NCBI GenBank assembly: GCA_005191425.1
Contig: SUPR01000033.1
Location: 1-32,000, forward strand
DNA length: 32,000 nucleotides
Reading direction: 5' to 3'
DNA from: Candidatus Helarchaeota ASGARD archaeon Hel_GB_B
GTDB lineage: Archaea > Asgardarchaeota > Lokiarchaeia > Helarchaeales > HEL-GB-B
The notes under the pieces were generated by a model that saw nothing but the letters and a program-made list of their open reading frames with translations, ran no database searches and had not been told where the DNA came from. Made by a program: the position numbers and the translations under genes. This document shows positions 10,618 through 20,065 of the stretch, piece after piece. Numbering within the stretch: the stretch's first letter is position 1; every line of letters begins with the position of its first letter.

Positions 10618-13600
10618 TTATTCATTTTTAGCTGGGGGTTTAGGGGGCATTACTAATAAATCAATATTACCAGTCCCTAGTGGTATAATCTGGCCAATAA
10701 TTACATTTTCTGTGATACCATTTAATGGGTCAATATCGCCTCTTAAACTTGCGTCTAATAAATGTTTAATAGTAATTTCAAATGAAGCTCTAGCAAGTGC
10801 TGATGCTTTTTTACCACTTATCCCATGACGCCCAATTTGTCTTAGATTTCCAGTGTTTGTCATTATATCAGCAACGAGCATTATATGTCGTATATCAACA
10901 TCGAGTCCTTGTTCATCTAATACACCTAAAGCCTCGTTAATAATAGCATTTCTACATGCTTCTATACCGAGGACTTCATATATTTCTCGTAAATGGTTTG
11001 TAGTAGTCCTAGTATGGTCAACTCCCTTTACTAATAAGACTTCTTTGAGATTAGTACCTTCAGAATGAATAACATATTCATCAATATCTTTTTCTTTACG
11101 AATTATTACTCTTTTTATGCCTTCAATACCTTTTATTGGGAAATCTTGGATATTTTCTTTTTCTTTTTGAAGTTTGTCTAAATCGCCAGCTTTAGGTTTA
11201 TAAATAATTTGATTTCTTGTCTTAAGAATTTTAACCTCGCCTTTTTTCTTCCAGTCCTTGGTTTTAGCCTCGATTATATCATATGTAATTCCTTTGTCCT
11301 CCATCAATGCGGGGTCGAGCTCGATAATAATTTCCATATTTGCGATATCAATGGCGATATGATCAGCAATATTTTCAATCCTTGTCAATTCAATTTTTTG
11401 TGATATTTCTTTTGCTATATCTTTATTTTTTGCAATATTTTTCTCGAGAAATATTTTCATCATTGGAGTGCTGGGTATTCGTCTTGCATCAACAATTTCT
11501 ATTAACCTGGGTAGACCTAAAGTAACATTAAACTCTGCTGCTCCTGCATAATGGAATGTTTTAAGAGTATTATGGGTAATTAATCCTTCAGATATCGTGA
11601 AAGTTTCAAGTCCACCTACTGTAAAATCGTAGACATATTCGGTTGGTGAATCTATTAATTCAATATTTGTAATTTCGTCCCAAATAATGTCACTTTTAAT
11701 AGACTTCTGTAAAACAGAAAGTTCTTCATTTATATCAATGTTTTTCTCCCTTGAAAATACCAAAAGTTTTTCAACTAAATCATTTAATATGGATCTTTTA
11801 ATTATTTGCTTCTCTATAATTCTATTGATATTTTTTCCTAATTCTGAATCATTTGAAATTAGGAGTTTTTCCTTAATAGTTTGAAATATTGGTCCAAACC
11901 CTGTTATAACGTCAAAATCACCATAATTGGACTCAAATTTTTTAATTTTATTGATCAATTTTGAAAATTTCTTTAATTCTTTAGGATTAGATATTTTGGT
12001 ACCAATTTCATTAAGAAAAGATATTATATGCTCTTGGTGAATTAATAGGGTATATTGACCTTTTCTATTCATTTTAAATGAGGGAATACCGATTCTTGAT
12101 AATAATAAACAAAGTTTATCCCTTAATTCTTTAGAGTTAGAACTCAACTCTATTTGACATTTCTTAATATTTATTTTACCTTTAAAATCAAAATAGCTCT
12201 TCAACAAACCCTTGATAAATGTATCGTCAGAATTAATGACCCAATCGGGGATTATTTTATTATTATTCAATTCCCAGTTAATCTCGAAGATTTCAGCCAA
12301 TTTACTTGAAGTAATTATGATTTTCTTTTCTTTTTTATAATAATCTTCTAATTTATAGTTAAGTCCATGTTCTGATATAAACTTAGTAATCATATCGGAA
12401 TTGATTTTATTGTTAATTACAATAGAAATTTTATCGCCAGAATTTTTCCCGTTAGCAAGATAAGCTCCAGTAAAATAGCCAGTCATAAAGTCTAATTCCC
12501 ATTTATTTACATAGGAATTATAGCTATTGGAATCGGAAGTATTATTTAATTGAATATTATTTTTAGTAAATACTTGAGAGCTCCCAAAGTTTGTTGATAC
12601 CGATAGTAATTCTACTTGAAAATTATCTTCATTTATTATCGTTTGATTATTATCCATTATTTTTTCTGAGTTATCAATTCCTATTGATATTTGATTTGAT
12701 ACATTTTTGTTAAAATCAATTACTTTTAGAGGGTTTTGCGCGGGTAATTTTTTGACTAAAGGAATTCTATCACCAATTTTCAAATCTTTACCCTTAATAG
12801 GGATGATATTATTATTTTCTCTAATGACAAATGAATGAGATAAAGTAGAAGAAATAGTCCTACCGCTTTTTGTAGATATTTTGACAAGTTTTCCATTAGG
12901 TAGGTGTCGGCTTACTTGTAACAATAGTTGCCAATGAACATGTTCATCTTTTCCTAATGAAGGTACAAAGATTGTCATATTTTTTGGGATATCACAAATA
13001 GTTGACCCGAAGCTTGTAAAAACATTATCAGAATTGGATAGTCTTGTTATTAATTTATCGACAAATTCTCCAATAGGAGTTATAAGTGCCCTATTTTCTT
13101 GAAGAATAATTACTTTTTCATTTCCAGGAATACTCATTTGAGTGCCGGGTTCACCAATTGATTGTGCTGCCACAGTACCGACTGCTTCTCCCGGGTCTAC
13201 CAATGCTTGTTTATAATAGTTTATGGAAATATCAATTATGTTGTTAAGTATTTTTTCAGTAACTTGAATTTTTTCTAATGCACTAATTAATTTATTTATT
13301 ATAGAGTAAGGAAGCTTATTGGAATCATATTGAAATTTTAACCTAGATGCAATTTCTTCATTTGATAAGACAGGAGTTTCGTCATCTTCAATCTCACTTA
13401 ATACTTTTTCAATGACAATACCAATATTAAAAGCGATGCCATGGTCGCTTTTTGCGGGATCAATTCCATCTTCGCCATATTGAAATTGGATTATGTCTCC
13501 GGCAGCATTTCTTACGGTTCCATCGTATTCTACTTTAATATCTTGAAGCGCATTAATCAATCTTCGTTGCATATAACCGCTTGTACTTGTTCTGACTGCA

Positions 13601-16600
13601 GTATCCACAAGTCCTTCACGACCGCCCATTGCATGGAAGAAAAATTCGATTGGTGTTAAACCGCTATAATAACAATTAACGACAAAACCATGAGCTTTTG
13701 CGCTTAAATCCTCTTTTCTAAAATGAGGTAATGTCCGTTTCTTATAACCCCTCATAATTCTAGCTCCTCTAACAGATTGTTGCCCGACACAAGCAGTCAT
13801 TTGTGCTAAATTTAAAGTATTACCTCTTGCACCAGTTTTTGTCATAATCACAGCATGTTTATCAATTCCCAAATATCGGCCAGCAATATCGCCTGCTTCG
13901 TCTCTTGCTTTTGATAATGTTTCCATTATACGCATTTCAAGAGTGTCCTCTAATGTCCTACCGGGCGCACGTTGTAATTCGCCTTGTCTATATGTTTCAA
14001 TAAAATTGTTTACTTTTTTATCTGCTTCATTTAAATTGTATCTAATTCTATTTTTCGCTTCTTCTTGTATTTCAACATCATCGATCCCCATAGTGAACCC
14101 AATATTTGTGATTATTTCTATAATCATCCTAGCACATGAATCTAAAAATTGTCTGGCCCTTGTATTTCCATAATCTTTGACTATTCTATGTAATAAACTA
14201 TTTGGCTGCCCAGCTCCAAATGCTTTATTATCAATTACACCTGTAAGGAGTCTACCACGTCTAATTAATACATACGCATCATATGGGCACTCAAATTCTT
14301 GGCATACTTTACAATTTTGACATATCTTGGCCCTTAAAGATAAATTAAGATATTTTGGTAGAAGGATTGAGATTATTTGTTTTCCAGTCCAATATTGAGT
14401 TGGATATTTTATTACAGGTTCAGGAATTTCATAATGTTTTTTCTTTTTATCAGTTTGATATCCTGCAGCCATTAATAATTGACAAACAGTTTCTCTATCT
14501 AAAAGGTTGCTTTTTCTTGTTAACAAAAATGCTCCAGAGATATAATCTTGGATACCACCAATAATTGGGCCACCATATCTGGGAGATTCAATCTGTTCTT
14601 GAACTTTCATTAAAACTAAAGCTTCTGACCTTGCTTCTTCACTTTGCGGGACATGTAAGTTCATTTCATCTCCATCAAAATCTGCATTATAAGGTGGACA
14701 ATTTTTAGTTAAAAATTCTGCTGCAATGAAATTGTGATTTTCATCTGTTGTTGTAATATCATAAGCATAAGGAAGTTCAATTTCCTCGATTTTAACTATT
14801 TCGTCCCAAACAAAGCCATTATTCAGACCTTCGGTAGCCTTAATTTTCCAAGTAAAAAAATCAGGGAAATTTTTAAGTATATCAATATTTTTTGATTTAT
14901 CTTCGAATAAATAAGAAACTATACTCCACGAATCTTGACCTATCATTTCAGCAATTTCGTTATAATTAAATCCTTTATTTACTAATTCAACTACTTTTAA
15001 TGCTATCTCGTTAATTTCATTCTTTGTTCTGATTTTTGTTGTTAAATATTCAGTGATATGTCTGGCTAAAATTTCTTTTTCATTTGCGAATTCATATCCA
15101 ATATTATTGAAAAAAGCTAAAAAGTTTTCATCATCTGGTGTCAAATAGCATGAATATATAATTTTTTTAGGGTCATCTTTTTTTGAATTGATAATGACAT
15201 TTGAAATTTTTATATTAAAGATGTTAAGTAATTCTCTTATTCCATCTATGAATGGTTCAGGTGATATACCATCTATTTTTGTTATTTCAAAATATAATCG
15301 ATCGAATTCTTTGTTAGAATCAGAATTTAATTCTGGTAAAGACATTTTAGACCCGAAATATGCCCTTAAAAATGCTCTTTTTGCCATTTTTGGAGCTTGC
15401 ATAATCCATTTAGGTGTTGAATATTCTTGAACTGTTTTATCACCAACAGGCACACCTAAGATATTAAATGCTAATGCTAAAGATTTGTTTCTAATTTCAA
15501 AATAATATGTCTCATTATCTGGATTAACTGTTTTATCGTTAGTAATAAAATCAGATTTAAAGTTAAGTTTATTTATTTGAATAGGAATATCCGTTAAGTT
15601 CAAAGATTTAATAAGATCATGCATTGATTTTATATCATTTTTATTATTAGCCCTAAAAATGATTCTGGCATCATTTTCTGATATGTCTAAAGAGCCATTA
15701 CCAAATAAATGACCGACTAAGCTAGCTAATTTAATTTGCTTATCAGAACCTGCTTTAATATCAATTAAACCGAGTTGTTTTAATTCATTAAATATATAAT
15801 CGAAGTCAAAATTATCAGATAAAGCATTAGATATTTGTTGTTTTGTTAGGATATCTGGACATCCACCAATTTCTGGATATTCAATTGGATAAATAGCTAA
15901 ATAATCGCCTATTTTCAAATCACCACAATTTACTATCCCATTTTTTGAATAAAATGGATGTTCTTGTGTTGCCTCAATAATTCTATTATTTTTAGTAATG
16001 ATTCTAAAAGATTTAAGTCCGAGTTCTTTTGGTTTAATAATGTGAGATTTAGAGATTCCTGAATAGTAAGTTTTTTTATTAGTAGTCCAATTACAAGATA
16101 AGGGACTAAAATTGTTATGATTCTTAACAATTTCTGAGATTTTTACTTTACCAAGATTAGTAAAAAGATAAGTATCACCAGATAGACAGACGCAGAGAGA
16201 TAGTCTAAATGTTTTAAAAGGCATTACGACTACTTCATGTGCCATAATAGATAAACGATGTAAAGAAGGTTGCCTATTAAAAAGTACAATATCTTTATCT
16301 TTAAGATGCCGTTCTACAATGAAACCAGGTTCTAATATATCTGCAACTGCTTCTCTATTTTTTACAAATCTTAGATCAATACGATTACCGTCAGATCTTA
16401 TTACATAATTTGCGCCAGGATGTTTTTCGGGGCCTCTTATAACTATTTCTTTCATTTCTTCAATATTCCACTCAGTAACCCTCTCAGGAATAGTCAAGAC
16501 TTTAGCAATTTCCTCAGGAACTCCGACCTCATTAATACTAAGGTTAGGGTCGGGTGAAATTACAGTCCTTGCTGAGAAATCAACTCGTTTTCCTGATAGA

Positions 16601-17553
16601 TTACTCCTAAACCTTCCTTCTTTACCTTTTAATCTTTGGGATAATGTCCTCAAGGCGCGACCAGAACGGTGGCGAGCTGGAGGAATCCCAGAAACTTCAT
16701 TATCAAAATAAGTGGTAACATGGTATTGAAGTAATTCCCATAAATCTTCTACGATTAATTGAGGAGCTCCAGCATCGATATTTTCTCTTAATCTTTGGTT
16801 TATCCTAATAATATCGACTAATTTATGTGTCATATCATCTTCTGATCGAACTCCAGAGTCAAGAGTTATAGAAGGTCTAACGCAGACTGGAGGTACTGCA
16901 AGTACTGATAAAATCATCCATTCTGGACGAGCAAATTTTGGATTAATCCCGAGTAGTTTACAATCTTCATCTGGAATTCGTTCAAATCGGTCTCGAATAT
17001 CGCTGGGATTTAACCTAATAGTCCCGCTCTCGGTTTTTTCGTAATATGTTGTTGGTTTTTCAATCTTGATCTTAAGTTGTTGTTCATTACAATATGGACA
17101 TTTTTGGGTCTTAATTGCTTCTTTTAAAGCAATTTTAACAATATTTTTGTCCAATTCGCCATATTTACTTTCATAATCATTCATTTTTTGTAAAAGTTCT
17201 TCATAGAGGTCATTATTAAGCATGATTCTGCTACATTGACGACATATTGCTCGTAAAATTTTCTGAATTTTACTGGCGAACCCCACATGGATAACGGGTC
17301 GAGCTAATTCAATATGGCCAAAATGGCCCGTACATTCAGTTGTTCTATTACCACAAGTCCTGCACCTATGGCCAGGTTCAACAGTACCAAGACGTCCGTC
17401 CATTAGACCAGAGTCAATAGGAAGACCATCTTCGTCATAAGTATCGGGTGTAATTATACGGATATGACTAATTTTTCGGATATCTTCGGGCGAAAATAAT
17501 CCGAATTGGATTGATTTGATTTTTTTTAATGAATGGATAGGCATAACATTCAA
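10618..17553 (-). CDS. rpoA: DNA-directed RNA polymerase subunit A, unsplit A'+A'' polypeptide, interrupted by two inteins (about 1293 aa after splicing)
   Basis: Single 2311-aa frame; CRTCGNRTTECTGHFGHIELA, RFRSNLSGKRVDFSARTVISPDPNL, NADFDGDEMNLHVPQ, AVGTVAAQSIGEPGTQM...TLKTFHYAG...NVTLGLPRLIEIVDARR. Confidence 0.97.
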   Translation of the reverse strand: MNVMPIHSLKKIKSIQFGLFSPEDIRKISHIRIITPDTYDEDGLPIDSGLMDGRLGTVEPGHRCRTCGNRTTECTGHFGHIELARPVIHVGFASKIQKILRAICRQCSRIMLNNDLYEELLQKMNDYESKYGELDKNIVKIALKEAIKTQKCPYCNEQQLKIKIEKPTTYYEKTESGTIRLNPSDIRDRFERIPDEDCKLLGINPKFARPEWMILSVLAVPPVCVRPSITLDSGVRSEDDMTHKLVDIIRINQRLRENIDAGAPQLIVEDLWELLQYHVTTYFDNEVSGIPPARHRSGRALRTLSQRLKGKEGRFRSNLSGKRVDFSARTVISPDPNLSINEVGVPEEIAKVLTIPERVTEWNIEEMKEIVIRGPEKHPGANYVIRSDGNRIDLRFVKNREAVADILEPGFIVERHLKDKDIVLFNRQPSLHRLSIMAHEVVVMPFKTFRLSLCVCLSGDTYLFTNLGKVKISEIVKNHNNFSPLSCNWTTNKKTYYSGISKSHIIKPKELGLKSFRIITKNNRIIEATQEHPFYSKNGIVNCGDLKIGDYLAIYPIEYPEIGGCPDILTKQQISNALSDNFDFDYIFNELKQLGLIDIKAGSDKQIKLASLVGHLFGNGSLDISENDARIIFRANNKNDIKSMHDLIKSLNLTDIPIQINKLNFKSDFITNDKTVNPDNETYYFEIRNKSLALAFNILGVPVGDKTVQEYSTPKWIMQAPKMAKRAFLRAYFGSKMSLPELNSDSNKEFDRLYFEITKIDGISPEPFIDGIRELLNIFNIKISNVIINSKKDDPKKIIYSCYLTPDDENFLAFFNNIGYEFANEKEILARHITEYLTTKIRTKNEINEIALKVVELVNKGFNYNEIAEMIGQDSWSIVSYLFEDKSKNIDILKNFPDFFTWKIKATEGLNNGFVWDEIVKIEEIELPYAYDITTTDENHNFIAAEFLTKNCPPYNADFDGDEMNLHVPQSEEARSEALVLMKVQEQIESPRYGGPIIGGIQDYISGAFLLTRKSNLLDRETVCQLLMAAGYQTDKKKKHYEIPEPVIKYPTQYWTGKQIISILLPKYLNLSLRAKICQNCKVCQEFECPYDAYVLIRRGRLLTGVIDNKAFGAGQPNSLLHRIVKDYGNTRARQFLDSCARMIIEIITNIGFTMGIDDVEIQEEAKNRIRYNLNEADKKVNNFIETYRQGELQRAPGRTLEDTLEMRIMETLSKARDEAGDIAGRYLGIDKHAVIMTKTGARGNTLNLAQMTACVGQQSVRGARIMRGYKKRTLPHFRKEDLSAKAHGFVVNCYYSGLTPIEFFFHAMGGREGLVDTAVRTSTSGYMQRRLINALQDIKVEYDGTVRNAAGDIIQFQYGEDGIDPAKSDHGIAFNIGIVIEKVLSEIEDDETPVLSNEEIASRLKFQYDSNKLPYSIINKLISALEKIQVTEKILNNIIDISINYYKQALVDPGEAVGTVAAQSIGEPGTQMSIPGNEKVIILQENRALITPIGEFVDKLITRLSNSDNVFTSFGSTICDIPKNMTIFVPSLGKDEHVHWQLLLQVSRHLPNGKLVKISTKSGRTISSTLSHSFVIRENNNIIPIKGKDLKIGDRIPLVKKLPAQNPLKVIDFNKNVSNQISIGIDNSEKIMDNNQTIINEDNFQVELLSVSTNFGSSQVFTKNNIQLNNTSDSNSYNSYVNKWELDFMTGYFTGAYLANGKNSGDKISIVINNKINSDMITKFISEHGLNYKLEDYYKKEKKIIITSSKLAEIFEINWELNNNKIIPDWVINSDDTFIKGLLKSYFDFKGKINIKKCQIELSSNSKELRDKLCLLLSRIGIPSFKMNRKGQYTLLIHQEHIISFLNEIGTKISNPKELKKFSKLINKIKKFESNYGDFDVITGFGPIFQTIKEKLLISNDSELGKNINRIIEKQIIKRSILNDLVEKLLVFSREKNIDINEELSVLQKSIKSDIIWDEITNIELIDSPTEYVYDFTVGGLETFTISEGLITHNTLKTFHYAGAAEFNVTLGLPRLIEIVDARRIPSTPMMKIFLEKNIAKNKDIAKEISQKIELTRIENIADHIAIDIANMEIIIELDPALMEDKGITYDIIEAKTKDWKKKGEVKILKTRNQIIYKPKAGDLDKLQKEKENIQDFPIKGIEGIKRVIIRKEKDIDEYVIHSEGTNLKEVLLVKGVDHTRTTTNHLREIYEVLGIEACRNAIINEALGVLDEQGLDVDIRHIMLVADIMTNTGNLRQIGRHGISGKKASALARASFEITIKHLLDASLRGDIDPLNGITENVIIGQIIPLGTGNIDLLVMPPKPPAKNE
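11569..13134 (-). mobile_element. intein 2 (522 aa, protein residues 1474-1995), inserted ...GEPGTQM / TLKTFHYAG...
   Basis: Starts SIPGNEKVIILQ (Ser1), block B STLSHSFVI, block F YVYDFTVGGLETFTISEGLITHN, then Thr+1. Removal restores GEPGTQMTLKTFHYAG. Degenerate LAGLIDADG motif TGAYLANG. Confidence 0.93.
14701..16188 (-). mobile_element. intein 1 (496 aa, protein residues 456-951), inserted ...FRLSLCV / CPPYNADFDGDEMN...
   Basis: Starts CLSGDTYLFTNLGKVKISE (block A), block B ATQEHPFYS, block F YDITTTDENHNFIA, ends EFLTKN followed by Cys+1. Removal restores SLCVCPPYNADFDGDEM. Degenerate LAGLIDADG motif LVGHLFGNG. Confidence 0.95.
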
Positions 17554-17820
17554 CCTATAGGGTCTTAAAATTTAAAATTTTAACATTTTTTTAATAATTA
17601 ATTAAAGGGATTATAATTTATCATCCATGGTTTATCTTTTAATGAAGGAAATTGATTTATTTCATAATAAAAAGTCGTTATCTGCATTTGTGATTTTCTA
17701 AAAATTAAAAACATAATGCTTTTTAAACATTTTGGTTAAAAGACATTTTCGTTATTTTTTAAAAAAGAAAGATCGGTTCAATAAAGATAAAATTTGAAAA
17801 AGTTAATGCTCCGACCGGGA

Positions 17821-17847
17821 TTTTCGCTCCTATCAACTGAACTGAGT
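17821..17847 (-). other. predicted tRNA intron 2 (27 nt) in the T-loop
   Basis: Symmetric bulge-helix-bulge: GGG-TTCG-[ATA]-CTC ... GAG-CGAA-[AAT]-CCC. Splicing gives CCGGG-TTCGATT-CCCGG. Confidence 0.82.
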
Positions 17848-17884
17848 ATCGAACCCGGGGCTATGGGGCGAGAGCCCATAATGT

Positions 17885-17935
17885 ATAGGCACCATGATTT
17901 AATCTTAAGTTATATTTTAGTTGTAAATAAAGATT
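17885..17935 (-). other. predicted tRNA intron 1 (51 nt) in the D-arm
   Basis: Central helix AGGC(17938-17941)/GCCT(17887-17890) flanked by 3-nt bulges AAA and ATA (relaxed bulge-helix-bulge). Exact cut sites inferred. Confidence 0.7.
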
Positions 17936-17971
17936 TTGCCTCTACACCATCGGAGCTTATATTAAAAAAAA

Positions 17972-18496
17972 TTATTTTTTACTTTTTGTTGATAACCGTT
18001 TTCCACAACTTGGGCAAGTGCCGTGAATCTTAAGATATTCAAGGAAGTGGTCTTTATGGGCAACTACACCACAAGCAGGACATTTTATCTTGACATCACC
18101 TGGTTTTATTATTCCTTTACAGACTGGACAAACTAATGGAACTTGTGATATTAAAAGTAATCTTTTTTCTGAATTAAACTTGGCACTTTCTAAATTATCT
18201 ATCCCGATGATAAATGGCTTTTGATTTTCTCTAGAATCCAAAAAAATTTCGATCCCCTTTTTTCCATCTCTACGGTCGCCTATCCATTTTACTGTACCTG
18301 AAATTTTTGAAACAGGAGAACCACTTTTAGAGATAGAGATTTCTGCTTTTAAAGGAGAATCAAAAATAAATGTCCTAAGTACTTTTGTTATTTCAAACGC
18401 TTCTTTAGTTCGTTCTGAATTTATAGCATTATTAATAGCCATTACTAATTTTTCTGGACCATTATCAATTAAGTTCTTAACATCAATTTCTACCAA
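17972..18496 (-). CDS. protein with C-terminal RING/PHD-like cross-brace zinc domain
   Basis: CPVCKGIIKPGDVKIKCPACGVVAHKDHFLEYLKIHGTCPSC: eight ordered Cys/His ligands (Cx2C, Cx2C, H, H, Cx2C). Confidence 0.75.
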   Translation of the reverse strand: MVEIDVKNLIDNGPEKLVMAINNAINSERTKEAFEITKVLRTFIFDSPLKAEISISKSGSPVSKISGTVKWIGDRRDGKKGIEIFLDSRENQKPFIIGIDNLESAKFNSEKRLLLISQVPLVCPVCKGIIKPGDVKIKCPACGVVAHKDHFLEYLKIHGTCPSCGKRLSTKSKK

Positions 18497-18901
18497 TTCT
18501 AAATCTCCATTATTTATTTTACAATTTTGATAAACTTAATATTGATTATCATTTTAATATTTTACTTCTATTTTTTATCATTACTCATTAAAAATTATCA
18601 ATAAATTAATGAAAATATTATTAAAATACATTTTTTACCAGAAATAAAAAAATAAAAAATGTTGATATTATGATCTTTTTCAACAATGTATTAAACTTAA
18701 AAAAAATCTTATAAAAAATTAAGTTAAAATAATCATTCAAAGGTAAGAATAAATAACTATTTTTATTCCAGCACCTTTTAGTTGAGTAATTATAATATTG
18801 GTATATTGGTAATAATTTATTCTCAAAATTTAAAAAATTATAAAACAATAAGGATAATAAGTTATAAATTTAAATTAACTTGGTGTAGAGGAACATTAAA
18901 A

Positions 18902-20065
18902 TTGAATAGCTTAAATAACGAAAAAACGCGATTGCCAGCCAGTTTTTTTGAAATAACAGACGAACTTATTGATAAAATAAAAAATGGATATTTTACAGAT
19001 GTTTACTTTTTAAGAGCTTTAAACATAATAAACAGAGTAAAAAAAGAGAATAAAGACTACAGACCAAGATTTTTGATGAATATTTTTTCTAGACATAAGA
19101 AGGGAAAAGCCGTAGTTTGTGGGCTGGATTATAGCATTAGATTAATTCAATCTGTATCTTCAGGTGAAGTTGAAATCAACGCACTATATGATGGAGATAT
19201 TATTGGCCCAAATGAAACGGTTATGACATTAGCAGGTCATTTGGAAGATTTTATTACTCTTGAAACAGTTTATTTGGGGATAATAGCAAGAGCAACAAAG
19301 GTTGCTACGAGATCTTGGGAAGTAGTTGAAGCCAGCTTAGAAAAAAAAATACCGATCTTGTTTTTTCCTGCTAGATTCGATTTATTTAGTAATCAATCTC
19401 TTGATGGATATGCAGGTCATATATCGGGAGTACTTGGAGTCAGTACAGAAGCTCAATCAAAATGGTGGGGTGGTAAACCATTAGGGACTATACCCCATGC
19501 AATTATAGCATATTTTAAACCAGGAGAATTTGAAGGAAGATGGAAAGATTCAACTGTTGAAGCAACTAAGTGGTTTGCTAGGTTACATCCAAATGTAAAT
19601 TGTATAAGTTTGGTTGATTTTGAAAATAATTGCCCTGAAACTTCTTTAAAAGTTGCGACCGCTCTTGAAGATGAAGGTCTAAACTTGTGGGGCGTTAGAT
19701 TGGACACTTCTAGTTCACTTATTGATTTTTCAATTATCGAGAATGGCCAACTGGACGCTTTTGATAAAACAGGTGTCAATCCAACCTTGGTCTGTAATGT
19801 CAGAGATATTTTAGATGACCATGGATTTACAAGAGATAAGGTTAAAATAGTGGTATCAGGAGGATTTGATGCAGACAAAATTAGGTATTATGCAGAAAAT
19901 AATGTCCCTATTGATGCAATTGGTGTTGGGAGTAGTCTATTTAAGGGTAATATAGATTTTACTGCAGATATAGTAGCATATGAAAAGAACAACGAATGGA
20001 TCTCATGTGGAAAAGTGGGTCGCCCTTATCCAAAAGATCTTACAAGACTTGAGAGAGTTGTCTAA
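18902..20065 (+). CDS. pncB: nicotinate phosphoribosyltransferase (probable TTG start at 18902)
   Basis: TDVYFLRALNIINR, FFPARFDLF, SLDGYAGHISG, GTIPHAIIAYF, WGVRLDTSSSL, KIVVSGGFDADKI. N-terminal extension in the ORF track (from 18782) looks non-coding. Confidence 0.85.
   Translation: MNSLNNEKTRLPASFFEITDELIDKIKNGYFTDVYFLRALNIINRVKKENKDYRPRFLMNIFSRHKKGKAVVCGLDYSIRLIQSVSSGEVEINALYDGDIIGPNETVMTLAGHLEDFITLETVYLGIIARATKVATRSWEVVEASLEKKIPILFFPARFDLFSNQSLDGYAGHISGVLGVSTEAQSKWWGGKPLGTIPHAIIAYFKPGEFEGRWKDSTVEATKWFARLHPNVNCISLVDFENNCPETSLKVATALEDEGLNLWGVRLDTSSSLIDFSIIENGQLDAFDKTGVNPTLVCNVRDILDDHGFTRDKVKIVVSGGFDADKIRYYAENNVPIDAIGVGSSLFKGNIDFTADIVAYEKNNEWISCGKVGRPYPKDLTRLERVV

Larger units (their letters stand above)
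17807..17956 (-). tRNA. tRNA-Glu (anticodon CTC) with two non-canonical introns; CCA not encoded
   Basis: Perfect 7-bp acceptor GCTCCGA/TCGGAGC, discriminator A. After removing 17885-17935 and 17821-17847 the mature sequence is GCTCCGATGGTGTAGAGGCAAACATTATGGGCTCTCGCCCCATAGCCCCGGGTTCGATTCCCGGTCGGAGCA (72 nt), with all four arms and a C-T-CTC-G-C anticodon loop. Confidence 0.87.

Noticed and set aside
10853-16130. Many 60-80-aa ORFs antisense or nested in rpoA
   Set aside because: All shadow the strongly supported rpoA/intein reading frame.
17885-17935. Alternative models of the tRNA 5' insert (49-nt single intron, or 36+13-nt pair of introns)
   Set aside because: They give an 18-nt D-arm with a poorer 13-22 pair. 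The 51-nt excision matches the 3-nt bulge/4-bp helix pattern and a better D-stem.
17794-18033. 79-aa + strand ORF
   Set aside because: It runs antisense across the tRNA-Glu gene and into the antisense of the zinc-protein gene; no recognisable motif.
18782-18901. N-terminal extension of the pncB ORF (MSNYNIGILVII...)
   Set aside because: Reads as translated AT-rich leader. Family-like sequence begins near the TTG at 18902, preceded by GAGGAA.
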